Shown here piece by piece: positions 48,144 to 57,463 of a stretch of 64,000 nucleotides of DNA. Positions within the stretch are counted from its first letter, which is position 1. Every line of letters starts with the position of its first letter. The notes beneath the pieces are model-generated. The model saw nothing but the letters and a program-made list of their open reading frames with translations, had not been told where the DNA came from and made no database searches. A program made the position numbers and the translations under genes. Source of the stretch: an uncultured Candidatus Binatia bacterium (GTDB taxonomy: Bacteria; Desulfobacterota; Binatia; Bin18); contig OZ244620.1 of the NCBI GenBank assembly GCA_965218395.1, forward strand, positions 1,413,268 through 1,477,267, written 5' to 3'.

Positions 48144-49529
48144 ATGACGAGGGAGATGAAGAACATCCGTGAAGCCATCATGGAGGGCCAGGCCAAAACC
48201 GAAGACTTTGAGGGGCTACCGCTCCCGGAATGGATGCTGGCGGTTACGACCCATAAGGACGAAGTGACTATGTTCGAGGGGCTGGAGTCCTGGGGAAAAG
48301 ACCCCAAGAAAAGCCTCCACCTTGACCAGGTGCCTGTCCCGGAGGTCGGCCCGAACGAAGCTCTGGTCGCGATCATGGCCTCCAGCATCAATTTCAATAC
48401 GGTCTGGAGCGCCATCTTCGAGCCCCTGCCGACGTTTTTGTTTTTGGAGCGGAACGCCAAGAAAAGCCCGTGGGACAGTCGGCATAACCTGCCGTATCAC
48501 ATCCTGGGTAGCGACGCGTCCGGGGTGGTGTTGAAGGTCGGGCCGGGGGTGAATTTGTTCAAGCCGGGCGACGAAGTCACCGTTCACTGCAACTATGTGG
48601 ACATGCAGGCCCCGGACGGCCACGACGATTCCATGCTCGACCCTGACCAGCGCATCTGGGGCTTTGAAACCAATTTTGGCGCGCTGGCTGAAATTGCCGT
48701 TGTCCGGGCCAACCAGCTCATGCCCAAGCCGCCGCATCTCACCTGGGAAGAGTCGGCCTCCATGCCGCTGGTCAACTCCACCTCGTATCGCATGCTGGTC
48801 AGCGAAAACGGTACCCATATCAAACAGGGCGATATCGTCCTGATCTGGGGCGCGGTTGGCGGGCTGGGCGGCTTTGCGTTGCAGTATGTGTTGAACGCGG
48901 GCGCCTTTCCCATCTGCGTGGTGTCATCCCAGGACAAGGTCAAGTTATGCGAAACCATCGGCGCGCGTTGGGTGATTGATCGGAATGCCGAGGGCTATCA
49001 GTTCTGGAATAAAGACGGGTCGCAAAACCAGGGAGAACTGCGTCGCTTTGGCAAGCAGATTCGGGACATGACGGGCGGCGAGGACCCGGATGTGGTGTAT
49101 GAGCATCCGGGCCATGAAACCTTTGCGGCCAGCGTCTTTATTGCGCGGCCCGGAGGTCAGATCGTCACCTGCGCCTCCACCAGCGGCTATAATCACGAGT
49201 ACGACAACCGCTATTTATGGATGAACAAGAAGCGCATCATTGGCTCGCATTTTGCCAACTACAGAGAAGCCTGGGAGGCGAATCGCCTGGTCTGCAAACG
49301 CGCCATTCATCCCCTGCTGTCAGAGACCTATCCCCTGGCCGAGACCGGTGAGGCGGCCTATCGGGTACACCACAATACGCAGATCGGAAAAATCGGCGTG
49401 CTGTGCCTCGCCCCGGAGGAAGGGCTGGGCGTCACGGACGAGGAAGGCCGCGCCCGGCATATCGGGCAGATTAATTTATACCGAAATGCCGCCAAAGGCG
49501 ATTTTCGCCTGGTGAAGACCGAGCCGTAG
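48144..49529 (+). CDS. Crotonyl-CoA carboxylase/reductase family enzyme (NADPH-dependent enoyl-CoA reductase, MDR superfamily)
   Basis: 461 aa, typical CCR length. N-terminal extension before the MDR domain, GAVGGLGGFALQ nucleotide motif, CCR-like NFNTVWSAIFEP region. Confidence 0.65.
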   Translation: MTREMKNIREAIMEGQAKTEDFEGLPLPEWMLAVTTHKDEVTMFEGLESWGKDPKKSLHLDQVPVPEVGPNEALVAIMASSINFNTVWSAIFEPLPTFLFLERNAKKSPWDSRHNLPYHILGSDASGVVLKVGPGVNLFKPGDEVTVHCNYVDMQAPDGHDDSMLDPDQRIWGFETNFGALAEIAVVRANQLMPKPPHLTWEESASMPLVNSTSYRMLVSENGTHIKQGDIVLIWGAVGGLGGFALQYVLNAGAFPICVVSSQDKVKLCETIGARWVIDRNAEGYQFWNKDGSQNQGELRRFGKQIRDMTGGEDPDVVYEHPGHETFAASVFIARPGGQIVTCASTSGYNHEYDNRYLWMNKKRIIGSHFANYREAWEANRLVCKRAIHPLLSETYPLAETGEAAYRVHHNTQIGKIGVLCLAPEEGLGVTDEEGRARHIGQINLYRNAAKGDFRLVKTEP

Positions 49530-49547
49530 CGGGGGAAAGCGCGATTC

Positions 49548-50039
49548 ATGCCGAGCATCACCATCCGTTTCGCCACTGCGGACGACGTGCCGCTCATCCT
49601 TGGGTTCATCAAGGCATTGGCCCGATTCGAGAACGAGCCGGACGCGGTCAAGACCACGCCCGAAGACCTGCTGCGCGACGGCTTTGGCGAACGGCCTCGA
49701 TTCGAGGTGCTGATTGCCGAGCGGGATGAAAAGCCGGTCGGCTTTGCCCTGTTCTTTATGACCTACTCGACCTGGGAGGGACGGCCGAGCCTGTATCTCG
49801 AAGACCTGTTTGTCGTCGAGTCGGCGCGTAAATATGGAGTCGGGCGAGCGCTCATGGCAAAACTGGCCGCTCTTTCAGTCGAACGCGGCTATCAGCGCCT
49901 GGAGCTTCAGGTTCTGGACTGGAACCCCGCCCGCGAGTTCTACCATCGTCTGGGCATGGGCCATATGCAGGAATGGCTGCCCTACCGGCTCAGCGGTCAA
50001 GCGCTGCACGCACTGGCGGTAGAGGCAAAACCTTCGTAG
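49548..50039 (+). CDS. GNAT family N-acetyltransferase
   Basis: 163 aa. Acetyl-CoA binding R/Q-x-x-G-x-G/A motif (RKYGVGRALM). Confidence 0.7.
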   Translation: MPSITIRFATADDVPLILGFIKALARFENEPDAVKTTPEDLLRDGFGERPRFEVLIAERDEKPVGFALFFMTYSTWEGRPSLYLEDLFVVESARKYGVGRALMAKLAALSVERGYQRLELQVLDWNPAREFYHRLGMGHMQEWLPYRLSGQALHALAVEAKPS

Positions 50040-50116
50040 GGGCCCCTCGCCCTCATACGTGTGTAAACCAAATGTCCGAGTCAGGTGTCTACAACAGAGA
50101 GAGGAAGACCGCGTCC

Positions 50117-50692
50117 ATGCTCGTTGGAGTTGGAATAGCTGAGATGGGAGCACTGCCGGCTGAACGTGAGGAGTGTTTCGGCACATTTGTTGCCCTCCAG
50201 CGTGACCGCGCGAGGCGGCTGGCCTGGCGCTTGGTCGGCGGCGACGAGGCTGCGGCCGAAGATGTCACCCAAGAGGCTTTCGTCAAGGCATATCAGGCAT
50301 TTGACCGCTTTCGGGGTGAGGCCAGTCTCGAAACGTGGTTCTATCGCATCCTCGTCCGTCAGGCGCATAACTATCGCCGCTGGCGGGCGGTGCGGACCCT
50401 CTGGCAGCGTGAAGGCGAAGAAGAATTCCCTGATCCAACATCGGCCGTGCAAGGCGACCCTGGGCTGCGGCGGCGCATCGCCCAGGCCCTGGAGCGGCTC
50501 TCACGTCGGCAGCGCGAAGCCTTTGTGCTTGTCCATCTTGAGGGCTTTACGGTGCAGGAGTGCGCCGATTTTTTGGGAAAACCGAGCGGGACCATTAAGA
50601 GCCATCTCCATCGCGCCCTGGTCAAACTGCGCGCGGAACTGGCCGACCTGAACGAAGGCCCGGGAGATGCACCACAGACAGGAGGCGCGTAG
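50117..50692 (+). CDS. ECF sigma-70 family sigma factor
   Basis: Sigma-2 (DVTQEAFVKAYQAFDRF, ETWFYRILVRQA) and sigma-4 (RQREAFVLVHLEGFTVQECADFLGKPSGTIKSHLHRA). Confidence 0.7.
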   Translation: MLVGVGIAEMGALPAEREECFGTFVALQRDRARRLAWRLVGGDEAAAEDVTQEAFVKAYQAFDRFRGEASLETWFYRILVRQAHNYRRWRAVRTLWQREGEEEFPDPTSAVQGDPGLRRRIAQALERLSRRQREAFVLVHLEGFTVQECADFLGKPSGTIKSHLHRALVKLRAELADLNEGPGDAPQTGGA

Positions 50693-50694
50693 TC

Positions 50695-51102
50695 ATGCCG
50701 TCTTCAGATGAGCCCAACAACCTCACGCCTGCCGACCGGCGCTTTATTCAGCGTGTGGCCAAGGACTATACGCCCCAGCCACTCTCGGCGGCGCAGCGGG
50801 CGACGTTTGACCGAAGGCTTGAAGAACGACTGGCGGACTCGTCCCGGCTTCCTTTCCTGCGGCCGGCCAGCCTGCTGGCCGCGACGTGTGCGGCGCTGCT
50901 GCTGTGGTTTGCGCTCCCCTCGCAACAGGCTTCCGGCCCGAACTTTGGGGATAGCACCCTACCGTCAGCCCCAACCCCGCTCGCGCAGGACACGACCTCT
51001 CACTCGACCCTTTTGGCGTATGCCTATTACCAATCAGAATCACAAGATGACTTTCTTCCCGCTGAATACATCGCCCTGGCGGATGCTTTTGAGCTGTTGT
51101 GA
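50695..51102 (+). CDS. Putative anti-sigma factor (single-pass membrane)
   Basis: Immediately downstream of the ECF sigma (3-bp gap). Central hydrophobic helix LLAATCAALLLWFAL. Confidence 0.5.
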   Translation: MPSSDEPNNLTPADRRFIQRVAKDYTPQPLSAAQRATFDRRLEERLADSSRLPFLRPASLLAATCAALLLWFALPSQQASGPNFGDSTLPSAPTPLAQDTTSHSTLLAYAYYQSESQDDFLPAEYIALADAFELL

Positions 51103-51112
51103 GCCGGCTGTT

Positions 51113-51616
51113 ATGAGAAAGACCGACATATTTCTGCTCGTGGCTGTGTTCACTCTGTGTGAATGGGGCGGCTGGGCGGCTGGCGGCTGGGCGCAGCCCC
51201 CAGGGCCGTCCGCCCGTCATGCTCCGCCCGGTTCGCGGCTTGAGCGTCTTGTCGAGGAGCTGGGGCTCGATGAAAGAACACTGGCACAGGTAGACGCGAT
51301 CATTGATGCCTCCCGTGCCAAGAAACGGACGCTGCGGCGTCAATTGCGTGAAGCACACCAGCACATGCGCAGTCTGTTGGAGGAAGAAACACCCAGGGAA
51401 ACCGCCCTGTTGGAACAAGTCGATGTGATTGGTGGTCTGCGGACGGAACTCCGCAAAGAGCAATTAAAAACCATGCTCCGCGTCCGCGCTCTGCTGAGCC
51501 CCGAGCAACGCGCCACATTGCTCGAACGGCTCAACAAAGGCCCCCGGCGTGGCCGACGTGGGTTTGGTTGGCATCAGGATTCTCACTCCTCTCCCCGGCC
51601 GAACGAAGTTCGGTAA
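51113..51616 (+). CDS. CpxP/Spy/ZraP-like periplasmic protein (LTxxQ motif family)
   Basis: Signal peptide, then coiled-coil-rich sequence with LSPEQRATL (LTxxQ-type motif). Confidence 0.5.
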   Translation: MRKTDIFLLVAVFTLCEWGGWAAGGWAQPPGPSARHAPPGSRLERLVEELGLDERTLAQVDAIIDASRAKKRTLRRQLREAHQHMRSLLEEETPRETALLEQVDVIGGLRTELRKEQLKTMLRVRALLSPEQRATLLERLNKGPRRGRRGFGWHQDSHSSPRPNEVR

Positions 51617-51675
51617 CCCGGAATTCATCCACGCGTGTCTAATCAGACAGACACACATACCAAGGAGGTCGATAT

Positions 51676-52164
51676 ATGACAAAAAGAAAATGGAGCATCA
51701 TCGGTGTCAGCGTGGTTGCCGCGGGACTCCTGCTCACCTCACTCGTGTCCGCCCGCCCCGGACACGGACATTTTGGTCGGGGTGGCCCTGGATTCTTCCC
51801 CGCGCGCGTGTTGCAGAACCTGGACCTGGCCGACACCCAGCAGGCCAGTATCGAGGCGATCAGGAAGAAGCATCGGGAAAGCCTGACCGGCCTCAAAAAC
51901 GATCTGCGGGAGACCCGTCAGGAGATCATGAACCGCCTCCTGGGAGAGTCGGATGTTGAAGCCGGCGACTTCACTGCCCTGCAAGCCGAGTTGAATCAGC
52001 TTCGCTCGGCTCTGTTTGAAGAATCCCTGGCAATGGGCTTAGCCATCCGGGCCGAACTGACTCCCGCCCAACGCACGAAAGCGGTGACCCTGATTGAGGA
52101 ATTTCGGGCGCGTCGAGCCGAGAAACGCGCCGAGTGGCGTGCGAAGAAAAACAAAGAACGCTAA
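51676..52164 (+). CDS. CpxP/Spy-like periplasmic protein (LTxxQ motif family), paralog of upstream gene
   Basis: Signal peptide MTKRKWSIIGVSVVAAGLLLTSLVSA. LADTQQASIE and LTPAQRTKAV motifs. Confidence 0.55.
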   Translation: MTKRKWSIIGVSVVAAGLLLTSLVSARPGHGHFGRGGPGFFPARVLQNLDLADTQQASIEAIRKKHRESLTGLKNDLRETRQEIMNRLLGESDVEAGDFTALQAELNQLRSALFEESLAMGLAIRAELTPAQRTKAVTLIEEFRARRAEKRAEWRAKKNKER

Positions 52165-52231
52165 GCGACCGGAGCGGCCGAGAGAAACGGGGCACCCCAG
52201 AGTGCCCCGTTTTGCATGGAATCGAGAGAGG

Positions 52232-52993
52232 CTACTGTGCCACCAGACCGCCGTCCACCTGCATCGGAATACCGGTCACAAACGAGGCGGCATCCGAACA
52301 CAGCCAGACTACGGCCTCGCCAACTTCCGAGGGCTGCCCGAAGCGGCCAACCGGCTCCATGGACACGGCGAGTTCGTCGAACCCCGGAGATAACTGCGCT
52401 CCCCGTTCGACCATGGGGGTTTGAATCACGCCCGGACAGACGGCGTTCACCCGAATGCCGGACTTGGCGTATTCCAGCGCTGCGGTCTTGGTCAGACCGA
52501 CCACGCCATGTTTACTCGCCACATAGTCGGGCAGACCGGGAAAACCAACCAGACCGGCGGCCGAAGCCGTATTGACAATAGTCCCGCCGCCCTGGCTGAG
52601 CATCTGTTGGATCTCGTATTTCATGCACAGCCAGACACCGGTCAGGTTCACCGCAATCGTCCGGTCAAACTCTTCCTCCGTACAGTCTATGGTCGGCTTC
52701 ACCCCCCCCTCGATGCCCGCGTTGTTGAACGCGCAGTCGAGGCGGCCATACGTCTCAACCGTCTGTGCGATCAGCGCCTCCACGTCTGCGGCCTGCGACA
52801 CATCGGCTTTGACAAAAATGGCTTCTCCACCCGCGGCTCCAATCTGCTGCACGGTTTCCTGACCACCTTCGACCACAATATCTGACACAACGACTTTGGC
52901 ACCTTCTCGGGCAAAGACGAGCGCCGTGGCCCGACCAATACCGGACCCGGCTCCGGTCACGAGTGCAATTTTGTTGTCCAATCGTCCTGGCAT
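52232..52993 (-). CDS. Short-chain dehydrogenase/reductase (SDR)
   Basis: Start [33 protein letters not shown] catalytic motifs. Confidence 0.85.
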   Translation of the reverse strand: MPGRLDNKIALVTGAGSGIGRATALVFAREGAKVVVSDIVVEGGQETVQQIGAAGGEAIFVKADVSQAADVEALIAQTVETYGRLDCAFNNAGIEGGVKPTIDCTEEEFDRTIAVNLTGVWLCMKYEIQQMLSQGGGTIVNTASAAGLVGFPGLPDYVASKHGVVGLTKTAALEYAKSGIRVNAVCPGVIQTPMVERGAQLSPGFDELAVSMEPVGRFGQPSEVGEAVVWLCSDAASFVTGIPMQVDGGLVAQ

Positions 52994-53266
52994 ACGTTTC
53001 CTCCTGTTTCGATTTGTTTCTTGAAAGGGTGTGTCAGATGAGCGGTCCTGGCGAGAAACGGCACGGCAGATGCTTAGTGCCATCGTTCAGGTCGGCTTCG
53101 GGCAGAATGGCCTCGGTCATCTCGGTCGGGAAAGCTTCGGCCAGATTCATCTCGGGGGCTAGATTGGCGTGGGCCAGGATGAATCCGGCCAGGAACTCCG
53201 GCACGGTGCTTCCTCAGTTCTGCTCCTGTCATGGATTCTCTCCTCTGGGGCTCAATACCCCCAGGG

Positions 53267-54007
53267 TTATTGGTTGTTCTGGCCTTCTAGGATGGTGCCC
53301 GTCAGTATGGCCCCGACCAGGGTCGCTCCCTTCAGCTTGGCCTCGCGCAGGAAGGCATTGCTCAGGTTGGCTCTCCAGAGAGAGGCCCCCCGCAGGTCGG
53401 CTCTCCAGAGAGAGGCCCCCTTCAGGTTGGCTCCGGTCATCTTGGCATTGCTCAGGTTGGCTCCGGCCAGAGAGGTCTCGGCCAAGTTGGCTCCGTATAG
53501 GTCAGCCCCGGTCAGGTCGGCTCCGGTCAGAGAAGCTGAGGGCAGGTTGGCCCCAGAGAGGTTGGCTCCAGCCAAGTTGGCTCCAGTGAGATTGACGCCG
53601 GACATCTCGGCTCCAGACAGGTTGGCATTCTTCAGGTTAGCGTAGACCAGATGAGCATGGTTCGGGAAGGCTCCCGAGAGGTTGGCCCCGGCCAAGTTGG
53701 CTCCCATCAGGCTCGTGTGGAACAGCCGGGCTCTTTCCAGGTTAGCCCCGGCCAGGTCGATCTCGGCTAGGTTCATGTAGTCCAGGTCGGCCCCGGCCAG
53801 GTTCATTCCACGGAAATCCCGCTCACCCTTGGCATAGCGGTCTTTCAATTTGAGCTTCGCCGCCAGTGCTAGCAGTTCCTCGTCGCTCATACTCTGCAGA
53901 TCGGCTGCGGCCTGATTGCCTTCAGCTAGGACGGCTGGGGGCATGATGACTCCCGCCAGGAGCACGCCCACGAGGATGACTCCGGCATAGCGTTTGGCTC
54001 TTGTCAT
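53267..54007 (-). CDS. Secreted pentapeptide-repeat protein
   Basis: Signal peptide plus about 35 tandem A(N/D)L.. pentapeptide units (ANLSGANLAGANL...). Confidence 0.8.
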   Translation of the reverse strand: MTRAKRYAGVILVGVLLAGVIMPPAVLAEGNQAAADLQSMSDEELLALAAKLKLKDRYAKGERDFRGMNLAGADLDYMNLAEIDLAGANLERARLFHTSLMGANLAGANLSGAFPNHAHLVYANLKNANLSGAEMSGVNLTGANLAGANLSGANLPSASLTGADLTGADLYGANLAETSLAGANLSNAKMTGANLKGASLWRADLRGASLWRANLSNAFLREAKLKGATLVGAILTGTILEGQNNQ

Positions 54008-54062
54008 ATATTCTCCTTTTCTTGCTCCCGTGAAGAGACCGTGCTGAGCACAGTCTCCCTGT

Positions 54063-54272
54063 CTACATTTCCGGCATCATTTCCTTTATGGAAATGTACA
54101 ACTCGTTATCGGCCCGGGTTCGAGCAAACTCCTCGATCCAGATGTGGGCAGCGTATCTGTTCCCCCACTCTCGCATTGGGTGAGGACCCTCTCGTTCTTC
54201 GAGACTCTTGCGCCAGAAGTCCCAGTTCGACAGGTCAATAGCGTCAATAGAGTCAGGATAGCGCAGATGCAT
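54063..54272 (-). CDS. Hypothetical small protein
   Basis: 69 aa ORF, lower GC. No family recognised. May be spurious. Confidence 0.25.
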   Translation of the reverse strand: MHLRYPDSIDAIDLSNWDFWRKSLEEREGPHPMREWGNRYAAHIWIEEFARTRADNELYISIKEMMPEM

Positions 54273-54292
54273 GCCTCTCCTTCGTCCCGAGC

Positions 54293-54799
54293 CTAGTCAT
54301 TAATGCACGTCCAGCCCTCACAGATTGGGGTGACCTCACCATTCACCAGGGCCTTAATATCAGAGGCCGCCTTTTTTGAGGTCGCTGTTCGCGTGCACAT
54401 ATCCGTTGTCACGGTCTCGCCGGCTCCATTGAAGGCATACACCAGATATTCTTCCCCTTCCTGGAACAACACCCCACACAGCTCGGTTGTGGCGGCTGTT
54501 TCGAGGGTTAGTTGAGATTTGTCCGTGCCTTTAATGGCAGTGCTGACATCCATAGAGACTCGGAGCGTCTCAAATTCGTACAGATGCTCAGCGCCCAGCA
54601 TGGATTTCCACGACCCGTACAGCCAGCCATCGGCCTCGATATGCTCAATATTCGCCACCTTCCCCACAAAGACGACGTCTACGGCTTGCGCTCCTCCGCT
54701 TGGCGACGGCGAGGTGAGACAGGTACACGCCTGCGCCGGAATAGGCAGCAGTCCCAACACAGCAATACAGCCAACAACGAAACCCAGAAAACGATTCAT
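54293..54799 (-). CDS. Secreted NTR/TIMP-like domain protein (bacterial tissue-inhibitor-of-metalloproteinase-like)
   Basis: Signal peptide ending AQA, then mature N-terminus CTCLTSPSP...AQAVDVVFVGKV. Resembles the TIMP Cys-x-Cys N-terminus and following AD.V..GK motif. Additional Cys pairs (TELCG, DMCTR, PICEGWTC) suggest disulfides. Confidence 0.4.
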   Translation of the reverse strand: MNRFLGFVVGCIAVLGLLPIPAQACTCLTSPSPSGGAQAVDVVFVGKVANIEHIEADGWLYGSWKSMLGAEHLYEFETLRVSMDVSTAIKGTDKSQLTLETAATTELCGVLFQEGEEYLVYAFNGAGETVTTDMCTRTATSKKAASDIKALVNGEVTPICEGWTCIND

Positions 54800-54898
54800 A
54801 ACACTTCTCCTCTTTCTTAATCTGTTTCAGAAACGTTACCTTCCTTTCCGTCTGGTATCAATCTCCACCCGCCCCACAAGATTGCAGCCAGCCCCGTT

Positions 54899-54978
54899 GT
54901 ATGGCAAGGAAATGGAAAGCGTGGCAAGGAAATGGAAAGCGTGGCAAGGAAATGGAAAGCGTGGCAAGGAAATGGAAG
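54899..54978. repeat. 20-bp direct tandem repeat (gtggcaaggaaatggaaagc) x4, about 100-180 bp upstream of the amidohydrolase gene
   Basis: Read directly from the sequence. Three perfect copies plus one degenerate. Confidence 0.85.
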
Positions 54979-55075
54979 GATGGTGTTTCACGCGGCATGG
55001 TGTAATGGAAGCCAGGTTGGTATGCTGAATCGCTCTTTTCAGCACCTGTTTGCAAACAATCCGAAGGAGGGATGT

Positions 55076-56272
55076 ATGAGCGGCTATACGATTATTGATG
55101 TTGATACACATGTGACGGAGAGCCCGGACCTGTGGACGAGTCGGGCGCCGGAGAAGATGCGCGACCGGGTGCCTCACGTCGAAACCGACAAAGACGGCCG
55201 GCTGTCCTGGTTTGTGGGAGGCGAGTCCTTACTGGCCAACCCCGGCATGACCGCCACCGCCGGCCGCGGCAATATGCAGAACCCGCCCAAGAACTACGAG
55301 GAGATGCACCCCGGCGCGCACGATGCCCAGGCGCGGCTCGAGTATATGGACCAGATGGGCATCTGGGCCATGGTCATGTATCCCAACGTCGGCGGGTTCG
55401 GCGCCCAGGAATTCTTAAAATTGAACGACCCCGAGCTGATGCTGACCTGCGTGCAGATCTATAACGACTGGCAGACCGAGTGGGCCTCGGCCGACACGCG
55501 GCGCTTGCTGCCTATTACCTCGCTGCCCTTCTGGGATGTCGGGGCCGCGGTCACGGAGATACGGCGCTGCGCCACCATGGGACACCGCGGCATCCTGTTC
55601 ACCGGCGAGCCGCAGTTCTGGGGGCAGCCCCTGCTCGGCGACCCGCACTGGAATCCCCTCTGGGAGGTGTCGATTGAGTTGAACCTGCCGATCAGCTTCC
55701 ACATCGGGTCGGGCAATATGGAGCTGGGTCTGCTCAAGAACAAGATCGAATCCTACGGCAAGATGGCGGCCTTTACCGAACTGTCCGTGGATGTCTTTTT
55801 GCGCAACGGCATGCAGATGGCCGACTTAATCATGTCCGGCGTACTGGCCCGTTATCCGGAGATCCAATTCATCTCGGTCGAGAGCGGGATAGGCTGGATT
55901 CCGTTTGTACTCGAAGCGCTGGATTATCAGTTTCAGGACAACGGCGTCGCCAAGGACAATCCGGAGTTCGACATGCTGCCGTCCGAGTACTTCGCCCGCA
56001 ATATCTACGCCTGTTACTGGTTCGAGCAGACCGCGCCCCGGCGGCTGATCGACAAGGTCGGCGTGGATAACATTCTGTTTGAGACCGACTTTCCGCATCC
56101 GACGTCGCTCTATGGCGACGAGGTGCATAAGCGGATCAAGGGTGGTTTATCCGACTGTGAAGAGTCCGTCCGCCGCAAGATTTTGTGGGACAACGCCCAG
56201 CAGCTCTATCAAGTCGCAACCCCAACCGCCCAGGACGAGGCCAAACGCGAGACCGTGGCGGTCGCGGCCTAG
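55076..56272 (+). CDS. Amidohydrolase-2 family metal-dependent hydrolase (ACMSD-like)
   Basis: Start MSGYTIIDVDTHV after AAGGAGGG RBS. HxH metal motif at N-terminus, FETDFPHP C-terminal Asp. Confidence 0.7.
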   Translation: MSGYTIIDVDTHVTESPDLWTSRAPEKMRDRVPHVETDKDGRLSWFVGGESLLANPGMTATAGRGNMQNPPKNYEEMHPGAHDAQARLEYMDQMGIWAMVMYPNVGGFGAQEFLKLNDPELMLTCVQIYNDWQTEWASADTRRLLPITSLPFWDVGAAVTEIRRCATMGHRGILFTGEPQFWGQPLLGDPHWNPLWEVSIELNLPISFHIGSGNMELGLLKNKIESYGKMAAFTELSVDVFLRNGMQMADLIMSGVLARYPEIQFISVESGIGWIPFVLEALDYQFQDNGVAKDNPEFDMLPSEYFARNIYACYWFEQTAPRRLIDKVGVDNILFETDFPHPTSLYGDEVHKRIKGGLSDCEESVRRKILWDNAQQLYQVATPTAQDEAKRETVAVAA

Positions 56273-56326
56273 GGCAATATCAGCGCAAAGGTGTATCGCA
56301 ATTCCGTGGTGTCAGGGAGGGAACAC

Positions 56327-57463
56327 ATGGGACGCACGTATAATGTGATCGATTCGGATGGCCACGTCCTCGAACCGCCCAATTTCTGGCGGGAATATAT
56401 TGACCCAAAGTACCGCGATCAGGCACCCGAGTTGATCGTCGATCCCGACGGGAAAGACCGCTTTCAGGTCGAAGGGAAATTGCTCGGTCCGCCCGTCGGC
56501 CTGGGGTTGATCGGGGCGATTGGCGTGCGCGAAAAGATCGACGGCAAGTGGGTCCACGCCCCGCGAGTGTCCACTAAAATGGCCTACACCCAGGGTCGGG
56601 CGGGCGGCTTTGATCCGCACGCCCGGATTCCGGACATGGACCTGGACGGCATTGACGCCGCTTTCCTGTATCCCAGCCTGGGCCTGTTTGCCGGTGCGAT
56701 TGGGGACCCCCAACTCGCCGCCGCGGCCAGCCGGGCCTATAACCGCTGGCTGGCCGATTACTGCGCGCCCTACCCGGACCGGCTGTTTGGCGTGGCTATG
56801 CTGCCCATGCAGTCGATTGAGCTGGCGCTGGAAGAGATGCGCTATGCGCGCAACGAACTCGGCATGCGGGCCGGCTTTCTGCGACCCAATCCGTATAACG
56901 AGAAGATGCTCGGGCACCGGGACTACGATGCGTTTTGGGCTGAAGCCCAGGACCTCGACTTTTCGGTTGGCATCCACGAAGGAACCGGTGGCATGCCGGC
57001 CGTCGGGGTGGAGCGTTTTCGGAGCTTTGGGGCCAAGCACATGGTGTCGCACACCATGGAGATGATGCTGGCCGCGCTGTCGATCATCTGGGACGGCGTA
57101 TGCGAACGCTTCCCCAAAGTGCGGGTTGGTTTTCTGGAGTCAGGTGGGGGGTGGATGGCCCCCTGGCTGGACCGTATGGACCGCCATTTTGAGGATAAGG
57201 GACTGTTCAACGATTCTTCGCTGACCATGCCGCCCAGCGAGTATTTCAAGCGTCAGTGCTGGATTTCGTATGAACCGGTGGAGGGCAACCTGACCCATCT
57301 GGTGGACTATATCGGTCCGCACAAAGTCCTGTGGGCGACCGACTACCCCCATCCGGACGGTTTCTTTCCTGGAGCACCCGAGCAGATTGCCGAAAAACTG
57401 CCGGAAGAACACCGGCACGCGGTGCTGGCCGGGGGCGCTCTGCAATTCTACAATCTGAGTTAG
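56327..57463 (+). CDS. Amidohydrolase-2 family metal-dependent hydrolase (paralog)
   Basis: Start MGRTYNVIDSDGHVLEP. WATDYPHPD C-terminal motif. Confidence 0.7.
   Translation: MGRTYNVIDSDGHVLEPPNFWREYIDPKYRDQAPELIVDPDGKDRFQVEGKLLGPPVGLGLIGAIGVREKIDGKWVHAPRVSTKMAYTQGRAGGFDPHARIPDMDLDGIDAAFLYPSLGLFAGAIGDPQLAAAASRAYNRWLADYCAPYPDRLFGVAMLPMQSIELALEEMRYARNELGMRAGFLRPNPYNEKMLGHRDYDAFWAEAQDLDFSVGIHEGTGGMPAVGVERFRSFGAKHMVSHTMEMMLAALSIIWDGVCERFPKVRVGFLESGGGWMAPWLDRMDRHFEDKGLFNDSSLTMPPSEYFKRQCWISYEPVEGNLTHLVDYIGPHKVLWATDYPHPDGFFPGAPEQIAEKLPEEHRHAVLAGGALQFYNLS

Noticed and set aside
53380-53660. Apparent DNA repeats (ctctccagagagaggcccc..., ggttggctcc...)
   Set aside because: They lie inside the pentapeptide-repeat protein gene and simply reflect the repeated A(N/D)L.. 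coding units, not a CRISPR or intergenic repeat array.
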